Shown: positions 46,161-56,766, counted from the stretch's first letter. The stretch is DNA of 64,000 bases from an uncultured delta proteobacterium (GCA_963696385.1 CAVOKF010000007.1:352001-416000); one strand, 5' to 3'. The notes: a model not told the origin generated them from the letters alone. Numbers and translations are program-made.

Positions 46161-47675
46161 TCAGTTCACGCGGACGGTGGTGAGCGAGTACGGAGCGATG
46201 GTGACCGAGAACGATGAGCTCGACACGCGCGTGGCACTCTGCGCGATCGACGAGCTGTTCTCCCCGTAGGTGAATACGTCTCCGACGCCCCACCGCCTTG
46301 CTCCTTGAAGCGACACCGTGACAGCGTACGAGTTTGCAGGGTCCTTGTTGACGAGCAGCACATTGACGTTTCCGGCCTCCCCCTGAACGGCATGTGCCGA
46401 TACGAGCGGCGCCGACGACGTCGCGCTCAGCAACGTACCCCGCGGCTCGACCGCGTGCGCCAGCATCTGCACCCCGTAATACGACGGGAACGGCGTTTCG
46501 GCCGGCGGCTCTATGGACGTCGAGCACATTCCGCCACTCGACAGGAAACCGAAGTCGCCGTAGCTGTAACTACCGTACAAGGACGAGCTATCGTTGGTGC
46601 CGCAAGCGGGACTGTTGTGGATGGCCCACAAGTCCACGTTGCTCACGCCGTTCTCAAGCCAGGTCATCATCGAGTCGGCGAGGAAGAGCCCGTTGACGAG
46701 GCTCGTGGTCTGCTTGCCGGGATTGTACGACACAGAGTTCGTCTCCGTGACGAGGATCTCAATGTCCTTCGCATGCGCTCCGCAGTACTGAGCCATCAGC
46801 GACTGCAGCGTGGCGACCATGCTTGGAATGCTGGGCGTGTTGGATCCGCCGCTCTGAGAGATCGCCAACAAGCCCGGGTCGGACTCGGCCCCGGGGCTCT
46901 CCGGATACCAGTGAACGATGACGAAATCGGCGGCGCTGCACCCGGTCGACAAGACGGTGTCGTTCCAGGGCTGGGGGGAGGTGGTGTTTGTCACCCCGTC
47001 CGGCCAGTTGCCCGGCGCGGTCAGTACAGCGCCAATTTTGATAGACGGGTCCACCGCTTTCATCGCCGCCGAGTATTGCTGGAGAAGCGCAGCGTATTCC
47101 GCGGGACCCGGGGGGTTGACGTCGTTCTCCCAGTTGCCGCCGTACGTGCTGTTGCCGTAGATTTCGTTGCCGATTTCCCAGTACTTGATGCGATAACGCT
47201 GGCCCGTCGCGCCGCCCCCCGGGTACGTGGGAACCGGCCCACTGTAGGAGGGACCGCCCGTGTTGGCGTACTGGACCCAGCCCGCAGCCTCGGCCGGCGT
47301 TCCGGAGCCGTAGTTCACGGTGATGATCGCCTGCGCGTGAGCCGCCTGAACGACCGACATGTACGAATCAAACGTGTTGGCGGCATAGCTTCCGGTGTTC
47401 GACTGCCAGTGGTACACGTCCGCCGTCGAGCCACCCGGATAACGTACGAGCCGCACGCCGGCGTCCGAAAGCAGGGCCGGAATGGCGGCCTCGTACAGGT
47501 GCGAGTCCCAAACCGCAGCGTTTGCGCCGACCGGCGTGTCGGCGAGCTGCGCGAGCCCGCTCGTGGTGTTCACGGTGACGGTGCTCGGCGTCGCCGTGGT
47601 CTGGGCCAGGGACGTCGCAGTCACCAGGACGCCGGCGAGGTTCACCCAAGCCGGAACGAAAATCGGTTTTTTCAT
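46161..47675 (-). CDS. Secreted clan GH-A glycoside hydrolase (GH51/arabinofuranosidase-like)
   Basis: Signal peptide; RYPGGS..D.YHW, ITVNYGSGTP.EAA.WV.Y, KYWEIGNE, VTETN; C-terminal beta-sandwich. Confidence 0.82.
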   Translation of the reverse strand: MKKPIFVPAWVNLAGVLVTATSLAQTTATPSTVTVNTTSGLAQLADTPVGANAAVWDSHLYEAAIPALLSDAGVRLVRYPGGSTADVYHWQSNTGSYAANTFDSYMSVVQAAHAQAIITVNYGSGTPAEAAGWVQYANTGGPSYSGPVPTYPGGGATGQRYRIKYWEIGNEIYGNSTYGGNWENDVNPPGPAEYAALLQQYSAAMKAVDPSIKIGAVLTAPGNWPDGVTNTTSPQPWNDTVLSTGCSAADFVIVHWYPESPGAESDPGLLAISQSGGSNTPSIPSMVATLQSLMAQYCGAHAKDIEILVTETNSVSYNPGKQTTSLVNGLFLADSMMTWLENGVSNVDLWAIHNSPACGTNDSSSLYGSYSYGDFGFLSSGGMCSTSIEPPAETPFPSYYGVQMLAHAVEPRGTLLSATSSAPLVSAHAVQGEAGNVNVLLVNKDPANSYAVTVSLQGARRWGVGDVFTYGENSSSIAQSATRVSSSSFSVTIAPYSLTTVRVN

Positions 47676-48220
47676 GATAGCTCTCCTCACGGTGCGGTAG
47701 CGGCTGAAAAGGCCTTTGACGCCAGTTTAGGTTACCGTCCGGTCGGACAGCCCCCTCTTCGAATTACGGATCGACTCGATGCATATCGCGGTTACGTGAC
47801 GATGGGGTGACGTTGCGGCGCGAGCATGGACGCGGAGGCGCTCCGCCGACGCAAACTTCGCCCCGCTTCACGTCAAGCTTTCCTTGTGGCGGCAATGCAT
47901 CCGTTCGCGATTGCGCGGATCGGCAGGCGTTTTTGGCGTCGACTGTCCGCGAGGATGCCGCTTTGTACCCAAGGTCGGCGCTGCCGGAACTGTCCACGCC
48001 GATGCGCAAAAGCGTTATCGTTGCCGTCGAGATTACGTAGGCCACCGGTCTCGAGTCCGGTCGCCGACTCGGTGCTCACACTCGCAGTCGACCCGTTTCG
48101 TTGCAACGACATTGGGGTTTACAGGGCGTCACGTAAACCGCCGTGCTGGAGACGTCGGCAAAAGGGGCCGCCCGCGGGTGGAGCGGAGTCGAGGTCGGCC
48201 TGGATGGGCACCGAAGAACG

Positions 48221-49214
48221 CTACGTCCCACCTTGCTCGGCAAACTCTTGCAACAGCTCGGCCCGGGTCCGCGTTCCGAGCTTGGCTCGAGCGCGAAAGA
48301 ACAAAACCTTGACCGTCGAGTGAGCAAGGCCGAGCTCGTATGCGAATCTCTTTGTTCGAGTGCCCCATGGCCGCGTACGCGAGCACTTGGCGCTCGCGCC
48401 GGCTCAGCGTCGCGGGCCCGGGCACACGCGCCTCGTTCTCCCGAGCGAGCAGGTAGCGCCGGCCACCACGCTCGAAGTGGTCCACCAGCGTCCAGCGCCC
48501 CGCGACCAGGCCCTTCCAGGAGACGAGCGCCCGCTCGGGGTCTTGATGTCTCAGCTTTCCACGAGCGTGCTCGACGTCGAGCACGGCCTGCCGCAGCGCC
48601 TGAAGCGCGGGGCGCAGCGCGGCGGGGCCGACGGCGTGCTGGACTTCTCCGCGCGGATCCACGATCGCCTCCGCACGCGCTGTGGGCTCGGCGTCGAGCG
48701 CGAGCCCGATGCGCATTCGCAGCCGGTGAGCGGTCGCCAGGTGGACTGCAACACGCGTGAGGCTCGCTCTCCGAGAAGACGACAAACGCCCGATCTTCGC
48801 GCGGAAGGCGAGGACGCAACAGCCCGTCCCACCCGGGTTCATTCCATTGATGCCGATCGCGTCGACCACGCCAATCGTTCGACCCAACTTGAAGGTTGGC
48901 GTCTCGCGCCACCCGGGCACTTCGCTCGACATTCCGACTCGAAGGCTGAGATAGCTACGCTTGACGAAGGCTGGGTCGAGTCCGTTGAGTCCCGTTTGCA
49001 CCAACGATTGCAAGCCCGCGGAGCACTCGTGCGTCATATGAGTCAACCGATGAGTCAGGTGACCCTCCGGAGACACGTGGTAGACGATCCCGGCGACTCC
49101 GAGACCCTCATCGACCCAGGGCCGAACGGCGTCCACGATGCCCTTCATCCACATTTCCGGGCCGAGCTCGAGCCGATACGTATTCTCCAGAATGCTGATC
49201 CAGTCAGGCTTCAT
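48221..49214 (-). CDS. LuxR-type HTH transcriptional regulator; +1 frameshift at ~48345
   Basis: LSRRERQVLAYAAMGHSNKEI|AYELGLAHSTVKVL..RARAKLG after removing one base. Confidence 0.85.
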
Positions 49215-49439
49215 GCGAGATCCCCCGCCTCATGTTTCCGGGCCAAGGTTACCCGACGAGGTGCGAGGGAGTCCATGACAGGCCATTACCTACACATTTC
49301 GGCGCACCTCTCGGGTAGAATGGTCTTGTGCAGATGGCTCGCGAGCTCGGAATGAACCCGAAAAACTCGGAGGCAGAGACAACCATCGCCACCAGGTTCC
49401 GTCGTCGACCGTCGCCGGCGTCATGAGGCGGACTCGCGC

Positions 49440-50099
49440 CTACTTGCGCGCGGGTCGCTTCACGGCGCGCACGACGGGCGCCTTGATGCCGCCGCAGAAC
49501 AAGAGGTCCCCCTGCGCCTCGAGGCCCGACACGCCGTCGGGGATCTCGAGCGTCTCGAGCACGCGCCCCGTGACGGGGTCGACGCGCCGCAGCTCCGACC
49601 TGTCCTCTTCCCAGGTGCCGTGCCACAGGTCGCCGTCGACGAACGACACGCCCGTCACGAAGCGATCGGAGCGCAGCGTCTTGAGCACCTTGCCGGTGGT
49701 CGCGTCGATCTTATGGATCGCGCGCCCCTTGTACTGCCCGACCCAGAGCGTGCCCCCCTCCCAGGCGAGGCCCGAGTTGTCCTTCGTCATGCCCGGCGTT
49801 GCGATCGTGGCGACCACGCGGCCGGTCTTCGGGTCCACCTTGCGGATTTTGTCTTCGCCAATTTGATACAGGTACTCGCCGTCGAACGCTGTGCCAGCCT
49901 CGGCGCAAACCTCGATTTCCTTTTCGATCGCGCCCGTCTCGGGATTCATCGCCGCGAGCTTTTTTCCGTGGGCGAACCAGACGTGCGTGCCGTCGTGGGC
50001 GACGCCGTGGACCCGTTCGACCGGGAAGGGTCCGTACTCGCGGACGATGGTGGCTTTCTGGCGGGTCGACGAGGACTGAGTAGACGACGCGGTGTCCAT
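49440..50099 (-). CDS. Glutamine-cyclotransferase-like beta-propeller protein
   Basis: VREYGPF..VHGV..DG..VWFA, AGTAFDGEYLYQ, SGLAW, SDRFVTGV. Confidence 0.8.
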   Translation of the reverse strand: MDTASSTQSSSTRQKATIVREYGPFPVERVHGVAHDGTHVWFAHGKKLAAMNPETGAIEKEIEVCAEAGTAFDGEYLYQIGEDKIRKVDPKTGRVVATIATPGMTKDNSGLAWEGGTLWVGQYKGRAIHKIDATTGKVLKTLRSDRFVTGVSFVDGDLWHGTWEEDRSELRRVDPVTGRVLETLEIPDGVSGLEAQGDLLFCGGIKAPVVRAVKRPARK

Positions 50100-50146
50100 G
50101 GTGAGCTCCTTCGCGGGCGCGTTCTCGCGCACCGACGAGTCTTGAT

Positions 50147-51379
50147 CTACGGCGCGGGGGGCCTCGGCGGGAGTAACAAGTCTGTCGGGATTTCGAAGAG
50201 CCGCACCCATCGCCGCCCGCGACCGTTGCCCGTCGGGCCGACTTTTCCGGCGTTCTCTAGCTCGCCGAGGCTCCGCTGGACGGTCCGTTCGCTGACGTCG
50301 AGGGCCAGCGCGAGCGACGACGCGCTCCAGGCTTCGCCGCCGTGCATGAGCGACAGGAGGCGCGAAGCGGGGCTCTCTTCGAGCGGCATGACGAGGACGA
50401 CCTCACCGGTCGTGGACAGCGCGTAGCCCGGTCCTTCGGCGACAACTCCGAGCCGCGGCCGAACGATCTTGCGCAGGCGGCCGATCTCGACGCGCAGCCG
50501 GATGCGGTGGGATTCGTTGGGGCGGCGCGCACCGAACGCCCGCGCAATCAGAACGTCCCGCGGGACGGCTTCGGGCCACGCTTCGGCGAGCACGCGCAGC
50601 ACCTCGAAGAGGACCGGCCTTCGCGCGAACGGGACGCACTCGCCGGAAAAGCGCACCTCGCGCCCGCCGCCGTCGATGACCACGTCTGCCGATCGCCCCA
50701 GCGCGCACACTTCGCAGAACGGCGCGGCCCGCGCTTTGCCGCGCGACGTAATGACCGCAGTGGGACCCTCGTAGTGATCGCGAATGCGCCCCACCTCCCG
50801 GACGAGGGCTGGGATCCCGGCTCTTTCCGCCGCCACACCGGCGCTCGCAAGGGCCGACATCAACAAGTCCGGGTCGCCGCGCTTGGCCGCCAGCTCGACG
50901 CGAACGAGCTCCGCGAACGTGCGCTCCAGCGGCGCGGCGGAGGTGAGCTTGGCGTGCCGGAGCAGTCGCTCAGCTTCGGCGGGTCGACCGAGGCGCAGCG
51001 CCGCCCGAGCCGCAACCAGCTGCAGATAGGCCGCGTTGCGAGCGTCGCTTGCAGCCTGGAGCTCCGCGACGGCGCGCGCGACCGGCTCCGCGCTCCAGCG
51101 CAGATCGCCGAGCGCGAGGGCGATCTCGGCTTCCGCCGCGAGGCAGCGCGCGCGGAGCAGGCGGTCTTCGGGCCCGAGCGTTCGCAGTGCGGCTCGAAGC
51201 TGCGCCTTGGCGCTGGCAAATTCGCCGAGCTGCGACAGAGCCGCGCCGCGCATGGCCCGCGCGCGCGCATCGGTCCGGCGACCGAGCCACTTCAGGGCCG
51301 AGAGCGCGTCCCCGAGGGAGAGTGCGCGGGCCGCAGCGGTGAGAGGCGCCTCCACCGCCACCTCATAGCTCGAGTCCAC
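50147..51379 (-). CDS. TPR-like plus HTH transcriptional regulator next to the beta-propeller gene
   Basis: LTAAARAL..GD.L.AL; RRPVLF..LR.LAEAWP; WSASSLALALDVSERTVQRSL. Confidence 0.82.
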   Translation of the reverse strand: MDSSYEVAVEAPLTAAARALSLGDALSALKWLGRRTDARARAMRGAALSQLGEFASAKAQLRAALRTLGPEDRLLRARCLAAEAEIALALGDLRWSAEPVARAVAELQAASDARNAAYLQLVAARAALRLGRPAEAERLLRHAKLTSAAPLERTFAELVRVELAAKRGDPDLLMSALASAGVAAERAGIPALVREVGRIRDHYEGPTAVITSRGKARAAPFCEVCALGRSADVVIDGGGREVRFSGECVPFARRPVLFEVLRVLAEAWPEAVPRDVLIARAFGARRPNESHRIRLRVEIGRLRKIVRPRLGVVAEGPGYALSTTGEVVLVMPLEESPASRLLSLMHGGEAWSASSLALALDVSERTVQRSLGELENAGKVGPTGNGRGRRWVRLFEIPTDLLLPPRPPAP

Positions 51380-51428
51380 GCGACGGGACGTCGATTATGC
51401 CGGAGAGCAGCCCTTCGCCGTCGTCCGG

Positions 51429-51513
51429 AAACCAACCCCAGCCGGTGCCCGGGCACCCGGTGCATCCCGCGCGCAGCGCCACCTCGGCAAAGGTGCGCTC
51501 GCTAGGGGATCGA
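51429..51513 (+). pseudogene. C-terminal remnant of a LysR substrate-binding domain
   Basis: QPQPVPGHPVHPARSATSAKVRSL; near-identical DNA at 62385-62423. Confidence 0.55.
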
Positions 51514-51527
51514 ATCCATGCCGCCGA

Positions 51528-51880
51528 TCATTCGGGTTGCAAGACCATCTTCCCCACGGGCCGCGGTGCGATGCCCTCGACCATCTCGTGCGCGAGGCGA
51601 GCCTTCGAGAGCGGCAGCGTCGGCCCGAGTTGCGGTGTGAGCCGGCCGGCGGCGGCGAGCGCGCCTAGCTCGACGAGCGCCTGGCGCGTCACTCGCACGA
51701 TGATGAATATGCCGCGCACGCCCAAGTGCGCTCGCCGTCGCGCATCTTAGGCTATGACCGCATGGATGTGTTCTCCGCCGCACGCCCGTCCAACACTCTT
51801 ATGGGAGAGCGTCTCCTGCGCGCCGCGGCGCGTGTCCACGAGCACCCCCCCCTCGTCGAGCACGGCGTCAACGTCGCTAC
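51528..51880 (-). pseudogene. 3' remnant of an NADPH:quinone reductase / zinc-type alcohol dehydrogenase
   Basis: SDVDAVLD.. and LGALAAAGRLTPQLG.TLPLSKARLAHEMVE...GKMVL fragments, broken by indels and truncated at 51880. Confidence 0.65.
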
Positions 51881-52164
51881 ATGATTCGCGCGTTGCATCG
51901 CTGACCGGTAGCGGGCGGGCGGCGCGCGACGGACGGCGCGCGGTGGACGCCCCGCGCCGCCGTCCGCCGTCACCGAATGAGCCGCATCGTCATCGCCACG
52001 AACCGGTCGGCGTGCGAGAGCACCGCGTCCATCGCGTCGTCGCTCGCCTGGCCCACGGCGATGGCGATCTCGACCGCCGTGGACGCTTCGCACGACTCCG
52101 CGCGTGCGATCGCGAACGCCCGTGCCTTGTCCGCGGGACTCACTCGACCCGCGGCTTCCGCCGC
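51881..52164 (-). pseudogene. Second, 5'-truncated copy of the convergent four-helix-bundle pair
   Basis: Homologous to 36388-36657: last 7 codons of the + gene, the spacer, and the 3' ~64 codons of the - gene (AAEAAGRVSPADKARAFAIARAESCE...). Confidence 0.88.
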
Positions 52165-52259
52165 AGTCACCAACGGCTACAAATCCAGCATGGACATCGT
52201 CACGCACTACTCGGCGATGGCTCGCTGCCGAAGGCAGTTTTTGGCCACCACAACTAGAA

Positions 52260-52643
52260 TTAGAGGTGTACGACGCGCACGCTAGGAAAAAAGCTGCGAA
52301 GGCGGAGCAGGTCGGGCACGTCGGATGTGTAAACGAGGTCGCCGCGCTTCGCGGCCGAGGCCATGACGATCGCATCGACGACCGTGGCCCCGGCCGTCGC
52401 GGCGATAGCTTCTCCGGCGAGCTTCGCGAGCTCGTCGTCTAGCGGTTCGACGTCGACCATTGCGAGAATGTCGTCGCGCCGATCGGTGCGTCCGCGCCAC
52501 CACTCGACAACGACGGCGGCGGGAACGGTGATCGTTCGACCTCGCTTCGTGGCGAGCGCGAGGACCGCTGCGATCGAGGCTTGCCGCCTTTCAAGCGCCA
52601 TCAGCGCGCCGGCATCAAACGTCAGGCCCGGCGTCTGCGTCAT
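52260..52643 (-). CDS. PIN-domain (VapC-like) toxin
   Basis: LTFDAGALMALER...VVDAIVMASA....VYTSDVPDL. Confidence 0.9.
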   Translation of the reverse strand: MTQTPGLTFDAGALMALERRQASIAAVLALATKRGRTITVPAAVVVEWWRGRTDRRDDILAMVDVEPLDDELAKLAGEAIAATAGATVVDAIVMASAAKRGDLVYTSDVPDLLRLRSFFPSVRVVHL

Positions 52644-52903
52644 CGCTTGCGCGGGCGCCTAGGCTTCGCCGCCGGCTCCGCAGCTTCGCCCCACTCGGCG
52701 AGGATCTCTGCTTCACGCTCGGGCGTGAGGGTAGCGGCCGGTCCCAGCCACGCGAGGACGCGTTCCCGTGCCTCTTGCTGGCGAGCTCGCCGGATCGCGT
52801 CCGTGATGACCGACGAGAGGCTGACGCCCTCACGGTCAGCCCGCTGCTTGGCCCACTTGAGCAAGGTGGGCTCTGCGATGGAGAAACTAACCTTGGCTGC
52901 CAT
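52640..52903 (-). CDS. Ribbon-helix-helix antitoxin
   Basis: KVSFSI..LLKWAKQRADREGVSLSSVITDAIR; ATGA overlap with the toxin. Confidence 0.85.
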   Translation of the reverse strand: MAAKVSFSIAEPTLLKWAKQRADREGVSLSSVITDAIRRARQQEARERVLAWLGPAATLTPEREAEILAEWGEAAEPAAKPRRPRKR

Positions 52904-53078
52904 TCTTCTTACTTCAGGTAGGAACAAATGCCACACGGCTCCGGACGGGGCAACCTTCAAGCGCCTGAGCCGGCTACTCCTCGCGTCCGTCGCAGGGATC
53001 ACTCATGAATGTCACCACCGGTGCCCGAGGGTACCAAAATCGCCGAGATCACCGGGGACCCGTTAGCGATCGGCGCGC

Positions 53079-53169
53079 GACCCCGACCGGACCCCGACCG
53101 GACCCCGACCGGACCCCGACCGGACCCCAACCGGACCCCGACCGGACCCCGACCGGACCCCGACCCCGA
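53079..53169. repeat. 11-mer (GACCCCGACCG)x7 variant of the GACCCC tract
   Basis: Counted directly; one unit has a G>A change. Confidence 0.97.
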
Positions 53170-53179
53170 TGCGCAACTC

Positions 53180-53872
53180 TTACTGGAGCCTCGGGGCGCC
53201 CGCCCCCGCGAAGCGCCGGGCATAGTACCGGCGCCAGATCGTCAGCCCGACGGCGAGGACGGCAATCGGGCCGGCCCAGAGGACGAGATCGAACGGCCGC
53301 ATGCCCAAGCGCCGTGCGTTCACGACGACGAACGCGGTGACGGTCGAGATGCACGACGTTCCCATTCCATTCATGTGCGCGATAAACCACTCACGCTCGT
53401 GTGCGGGAGGCGTGAGCCAGAAGCGGAGGTGCGTCACGCCGAGTACGACGCCGAGCACTGCGAAGAGGACGTAGAGGGCCATCGACCGGTAGATGCCGAA
53501 CGCCGCGAGCGCGACCCCGCCCGCGACGAGGAGAAGGGGCGGGACAAGATCGACCGCGCCTCGCGAAGTCCCGGCGCGTCCCTTCGTCCGGAGCGCGCGC
53601 ACGCCGAACTGAGCGCTCGTGCCCGCGACGACGCTGACGTACGCGAGAAAGATGCCCGCGCGCCACCGCAAAGGGCTGCCGCCGCTCAGGAGCTGGATGC
53701 ATAACAAGAAGCCCGTAACCGCAAGCGTCGCCGCGGCCGCGACGTAGACCCATCCGACGCGCCGGTGCGTTCGCCCGCCCTTCTTCGTGACCAGCGGGAC
53801 CCAGAAGACCAAGAGCGCGACCGCTCCCGCGGCGACGTGAACGGCGAGCACACTCTGGAATAGGCGGGCCAT
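53180..53872 (-). CDS. DUF2306-like multi-pass membrane protein
   Basis: HVAAG..AL..FW.PL..KKGG..HRRVG..YV; W...HM.GM....I...TAF. Confidence 0.85.
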   Translation of the reverse strand: MARLFQSVLAVHVAAGAVALLVFWVPLVTKKGGRTHRRVGWVYVAAAATLAVTGFLLCIQLLSGGSPLRWRAGIFLAYVSVVAGTSAQFGVRALRTKGRAGTSRGAVDLVPPLLLVAGGVALAAFGIYRSMALYVLFAVLGVVLGVTHLRFWLTPPAHEREWFIAHMNGMGTSCISTVTAFVVVNARRLGMRPFDLVLWAGPIAVLAVGLTIWRRYYARRFAGAGAPRLQ

Positions 53873-53996
53873 GGCCCCATCGTGCACTCTCGCCAACGCT
53901 CGTACATGAGCCGTCCGTATTACCGGCGTGTCGATTCCTCTTGTGACTTTCGGCCCATGGCGGGCGCGCGGCAAGGCTCGTACGCTGCCCGAGGCG

Positions 53997-55130
53997 ATGA
54001 TTCGAGCCCATTCGGAGCGTCCACTCGTCGGGGCGGGGTTTGTCGTCTGGATGGCGGCGGGCGTGCCGCAGATGGGGGCGTGGGCGTCAGGGCGAGCTTG
54101 CTTCGACCAACGTTCTCTCGTTTGGTGCGCGGCCTATGGAGCGTTCGCGATCGCCTTCCACCTCGCGGCTTCGACGGTGCGGCGCGGCGCGTGGCGCCCG
54201 GCGGCGCTCGCTGGGCAGAGCGGGGCGGCGCTCGTCGCGCTCGCGATCGGCAGCTCCGGGTTCGAGGGGGCTCTCCTCTGCGTCGTCGCTGGCGAGGCGC
54301 CGCTCGTCGTGGGCGAGAAGACCGGGCTCGTCTGGGTGATCGCGCAGACAGCGGCGATGGTGGCGGTCGACCTGGTGAGCCCTTTCCGCAGTCGAGCGAC
54401 CCACCTTTCGGCGGTTGCGTACGCCGGCTTTCAACTGTTCGCTTTCGCCGCGTCGCGACTCGTCGTGCGCGAAGCGCAAGCACGTGCGGAGCTCGGGCGC
54501 GTGCACGCCGAGCTCCTCGCGACACGCGAGCTCTTCGCCGACAGCACCCGCACCGCCGAGCGGCTGCGCATTGCACGCGAGCTTCACGACGCCCTCGGCC
54601 ACCACCTGACCGCCCTGAACCTCCAGCTCGAGCTCGCCCGAAACATCGCCGACAGGAAAACCAAGGAACCGGTCGATCACGCGCACTCCCTCACCAAGGA
54701 GCTCCTCGTCGAGCTCCGAAGCGTTGTGAGCGCGATGCGCGAGGAGGCGCCGCTCGATCTCTCCGGCGCCCTGCAAACCTTGGTCGCCGGCATCCCGCAC
54801 CCGCGCGTGCATCTTGCTTTCGAGCAGGACCTGCGGGTCGAGGCGGCCCTCGCCCACACCATCTTTCGCTGCGTTCAGGAGGCGCTCACCAATGCCGTGC
54901 GCCACGCCGGGGCGGAGAACGTCTTTCTGGCCATCAAAACGACGGACGATACTGTCGCCGTGACCGTGAGGGACGACGGGCGAGGCGCTCCGGAGTTAAG
55001 GGTGGGGCACGGGCTGTCCGGACTGCGGGAGAGGATCGAAGGAATGGGCGGCAAGATTGAGTTCGAGGCGCACGCGGGGGTAGGTCTCACGCTGCGCGCG
55101 CTCCTCCCCGCGCGGGCGGGCGCTCCGTGA
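53997..55130 (+). CDS. Sensor histidine kinase (HisKA_3, DesK/NarX-like)
   Basis: TM N-terminus; ERLRIARELHDALGHHLT, QEALTNAVRHA, DDGRG, GHGLSGLRER. Confidence 0.95.
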   Translation: MIRAHSERPLVGAGFVVWMAAGVPQMGAWASGRACFDQRSLVWCAAYGAFAIAFHLAASTVRRGAWRPAALAGQSGAALVALAIGSSGFEGALLCVVAGEAPLVVGEKTGLVWVIAQTAAMVAVDLVSPFRSRATHLSAVAYAGFQLFAFAASRLVVREAQARAELGRVHAELLATRELFADSTRTAERLRIARELHDALGHHLTALNLQLELARNIADRKTKEPVDHAHSLTKELLVELRSVVSAMREEAPLDLSGALQTLVAGIPHPRVHLAFEQDLRVEAALAHTIFRCVQEALTNAVRHAGAENVFLAIKTTDDTVAVTVRDDGRGAPELRVGHGLSGLRERIEGMGGKIEFEAHAGVGLTLRALLPARAGAP

Positions 55131-55768
55131 TCCGAGTCGCCCTGGCGGATGACCAGACGCTGGTCCGGCAGGGCATCAAGGGCCTCCTTGAGCTCACCTC
55201 GGACATCCGCGTGGTCGCCGAGGCGTCCGACGGAGACGAGGGGCTCCGGATTCTGACTACGATCGCCGTCGATGTCGCGCTCCTCGACGTCCGTATGCCA
55301 CACATGACCGGTGTCGAGGTTCTCGCCGCGCTGGGACGAATAGCGTCACGCCCGCCTTGCATCCTCCTCACGACGTTCGACGACGACGTCGTCGCGATCG
55401 AAGGGATAAGGCTCGGCGCCCGCGGCTTCCTCCTCAAAGACGTCTCGCTCGAGCAACTCGCAGAGGCCGTGCGCACCGTCGCGGCTGGAGGGACGCTCAT
55501 CAACCCTGCCGTTACCGAGCGCGTCGTTCGCGGCCTCGCTCGCCTCGCGACCAGCGTTCCCGCCTCGCCCTTCCCCGCCCCGCTCACGAAGCGCGAGCTC
55601 GACGTCCTGCGACTTATCGCCGCCGGACAGAGTAACAGAGAGATCTCCGTCGTACTCGGCACCGCCGAAGCGACGGTGAAGAATCAAGCCTCGAGCATTT
55701 TTGGCAAGCTTGGGGTACGTGACCGGACCCGCGCGGTGCTGCGCGCCATCGAGCTGGGGATCCTCTAA
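55127..55768 (+). CDS. NarL/LuxR-family response regulator
   Basis: ADDQTLVRQG, LLDVRMP, LTTFDD, LTKRELDVL..G.SNREI. Confidence 0.96.
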   Translation: MIRVALADDQTLVRQGIKGLLELTSDIRVVAEASDGDEGLRILTTIAVDVALLDVRMPHMTGVEVLAALGRIASRPPCILLTTFDDDVVAIEGIRLGARGFLLKDVSLEQLAEAVRTVAAGGTLINPAVTERVVRGLARLATSVPASPFPAPLTKRELDVLRLIAAGQSNREISVVLGTAEATVKNQASSIFGKLGVRDRTRAVLRAIELGIL

Positions 55769-55836
55769 AATCTGGCACGGCCATCAAGCCCCGCTGACGG
55801 GCAAGCCCTCTGCCGCTGCCACCTCGACCTAAACTA

Positions 55837-55932
<96 letters not shown>

Positions 55933-56001
55933 CGAGCCCGTCGGCATGCGAGAGCAACCCCGCGTCAGGTAACGGATCGCCCCCGCACGCGTAGACCCAG
56001 T

Positions 56002-56766
56002 GTGCGTACCATCATCGGCATCACGGGCACGTTGCTTGCGACGGTGTGCCTTGCAGGCGCGGTCCGGGCCGCACACCAAGGAGAGTCTCCCGCCCCGCTG
56101 CACGCCGGCGGCGTGCCGGTAATCGTCGAGCTTTTTTCGTCGGAGGGGTGCAGCAGCTGCCCGCCCGCGGACACCTGGCTCGCTTCGCTCGACCGGACAC
56201 AGCCCATCCAGGGCGTGTCGATCCTCGCGCTCGAGGAGCACGTCGACTACTGGGACGGGCTCGGCTGGCGCGATCCGTTTGGTCAACCGCAATTCGGCGA
56301 GAGACAGGGCGAGTACGCTCGTACACTTCCAGACAGGCGCACGTACACGCCCGAGATCGTCGTCGACGGACATTCGACGGTGCAGAGCGGCGACCCGGAG
56401 CAGGCCGCGCGGGATCTGCGAGCCTCGGCGAGCCAGCCACGTGCACGAGTAGGGCTGTCCAGACAGGGCGATCACCTCAGTGTCGACGTGCTCGACCTTC
56501 CCGGAAACGAGGACGTCGAGGTCTGGCTCGCGATCACGGAGTCGGGGCTGTCGACCGACGTGCCGCAGGGCGAGAATGCAGGCCGGCACCTCGCCCATGC
56601 GCCCATCGTGCGCGTCCTGCGCAAGCTCGCCGTCGCCCGCGTGAGCCCCATCCACGTCGAGACGGTGTTCCAAGTGGACCCCGCGTGGGCGTCGCGTTCC
56701 CTTCGCTTCGTGGCCTTCGTGCAGCAGAGACGAAGCCGCCGCATCCTCGGCGCGAACGCTCTGTGA
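56002..56766 (+). CDS. DUF1223 thioredoxin-like exported protein
   Basis: VELFSSEGCSSCPPAD, HVDYWD.LGWRDPF, YTPEIVVDG, GENAGR.L.H. Confidence 0.93.
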   Translation: MRTIIGITGTLLATVCLAGAVRAAHQGESPAPLHAGGVPVIVELFSSEGCSSCPPADTWLASLDRTQPIQGVSILALEEHVDYWDGLGWRDPFGQPQFGERQGEYARTLPDRRTYTPEIVVDGHSTVQSGDPEQAARDLRASASQPRARVGLSRQGDHLSVDVLDLPGNEDVEVWLAITESGLSTDVPQGENAGRHLAHAPIVRVLRKLAVARVSPIHVETVFQVDPAWASRSLRFVAFVQQRRSRRILGANAL

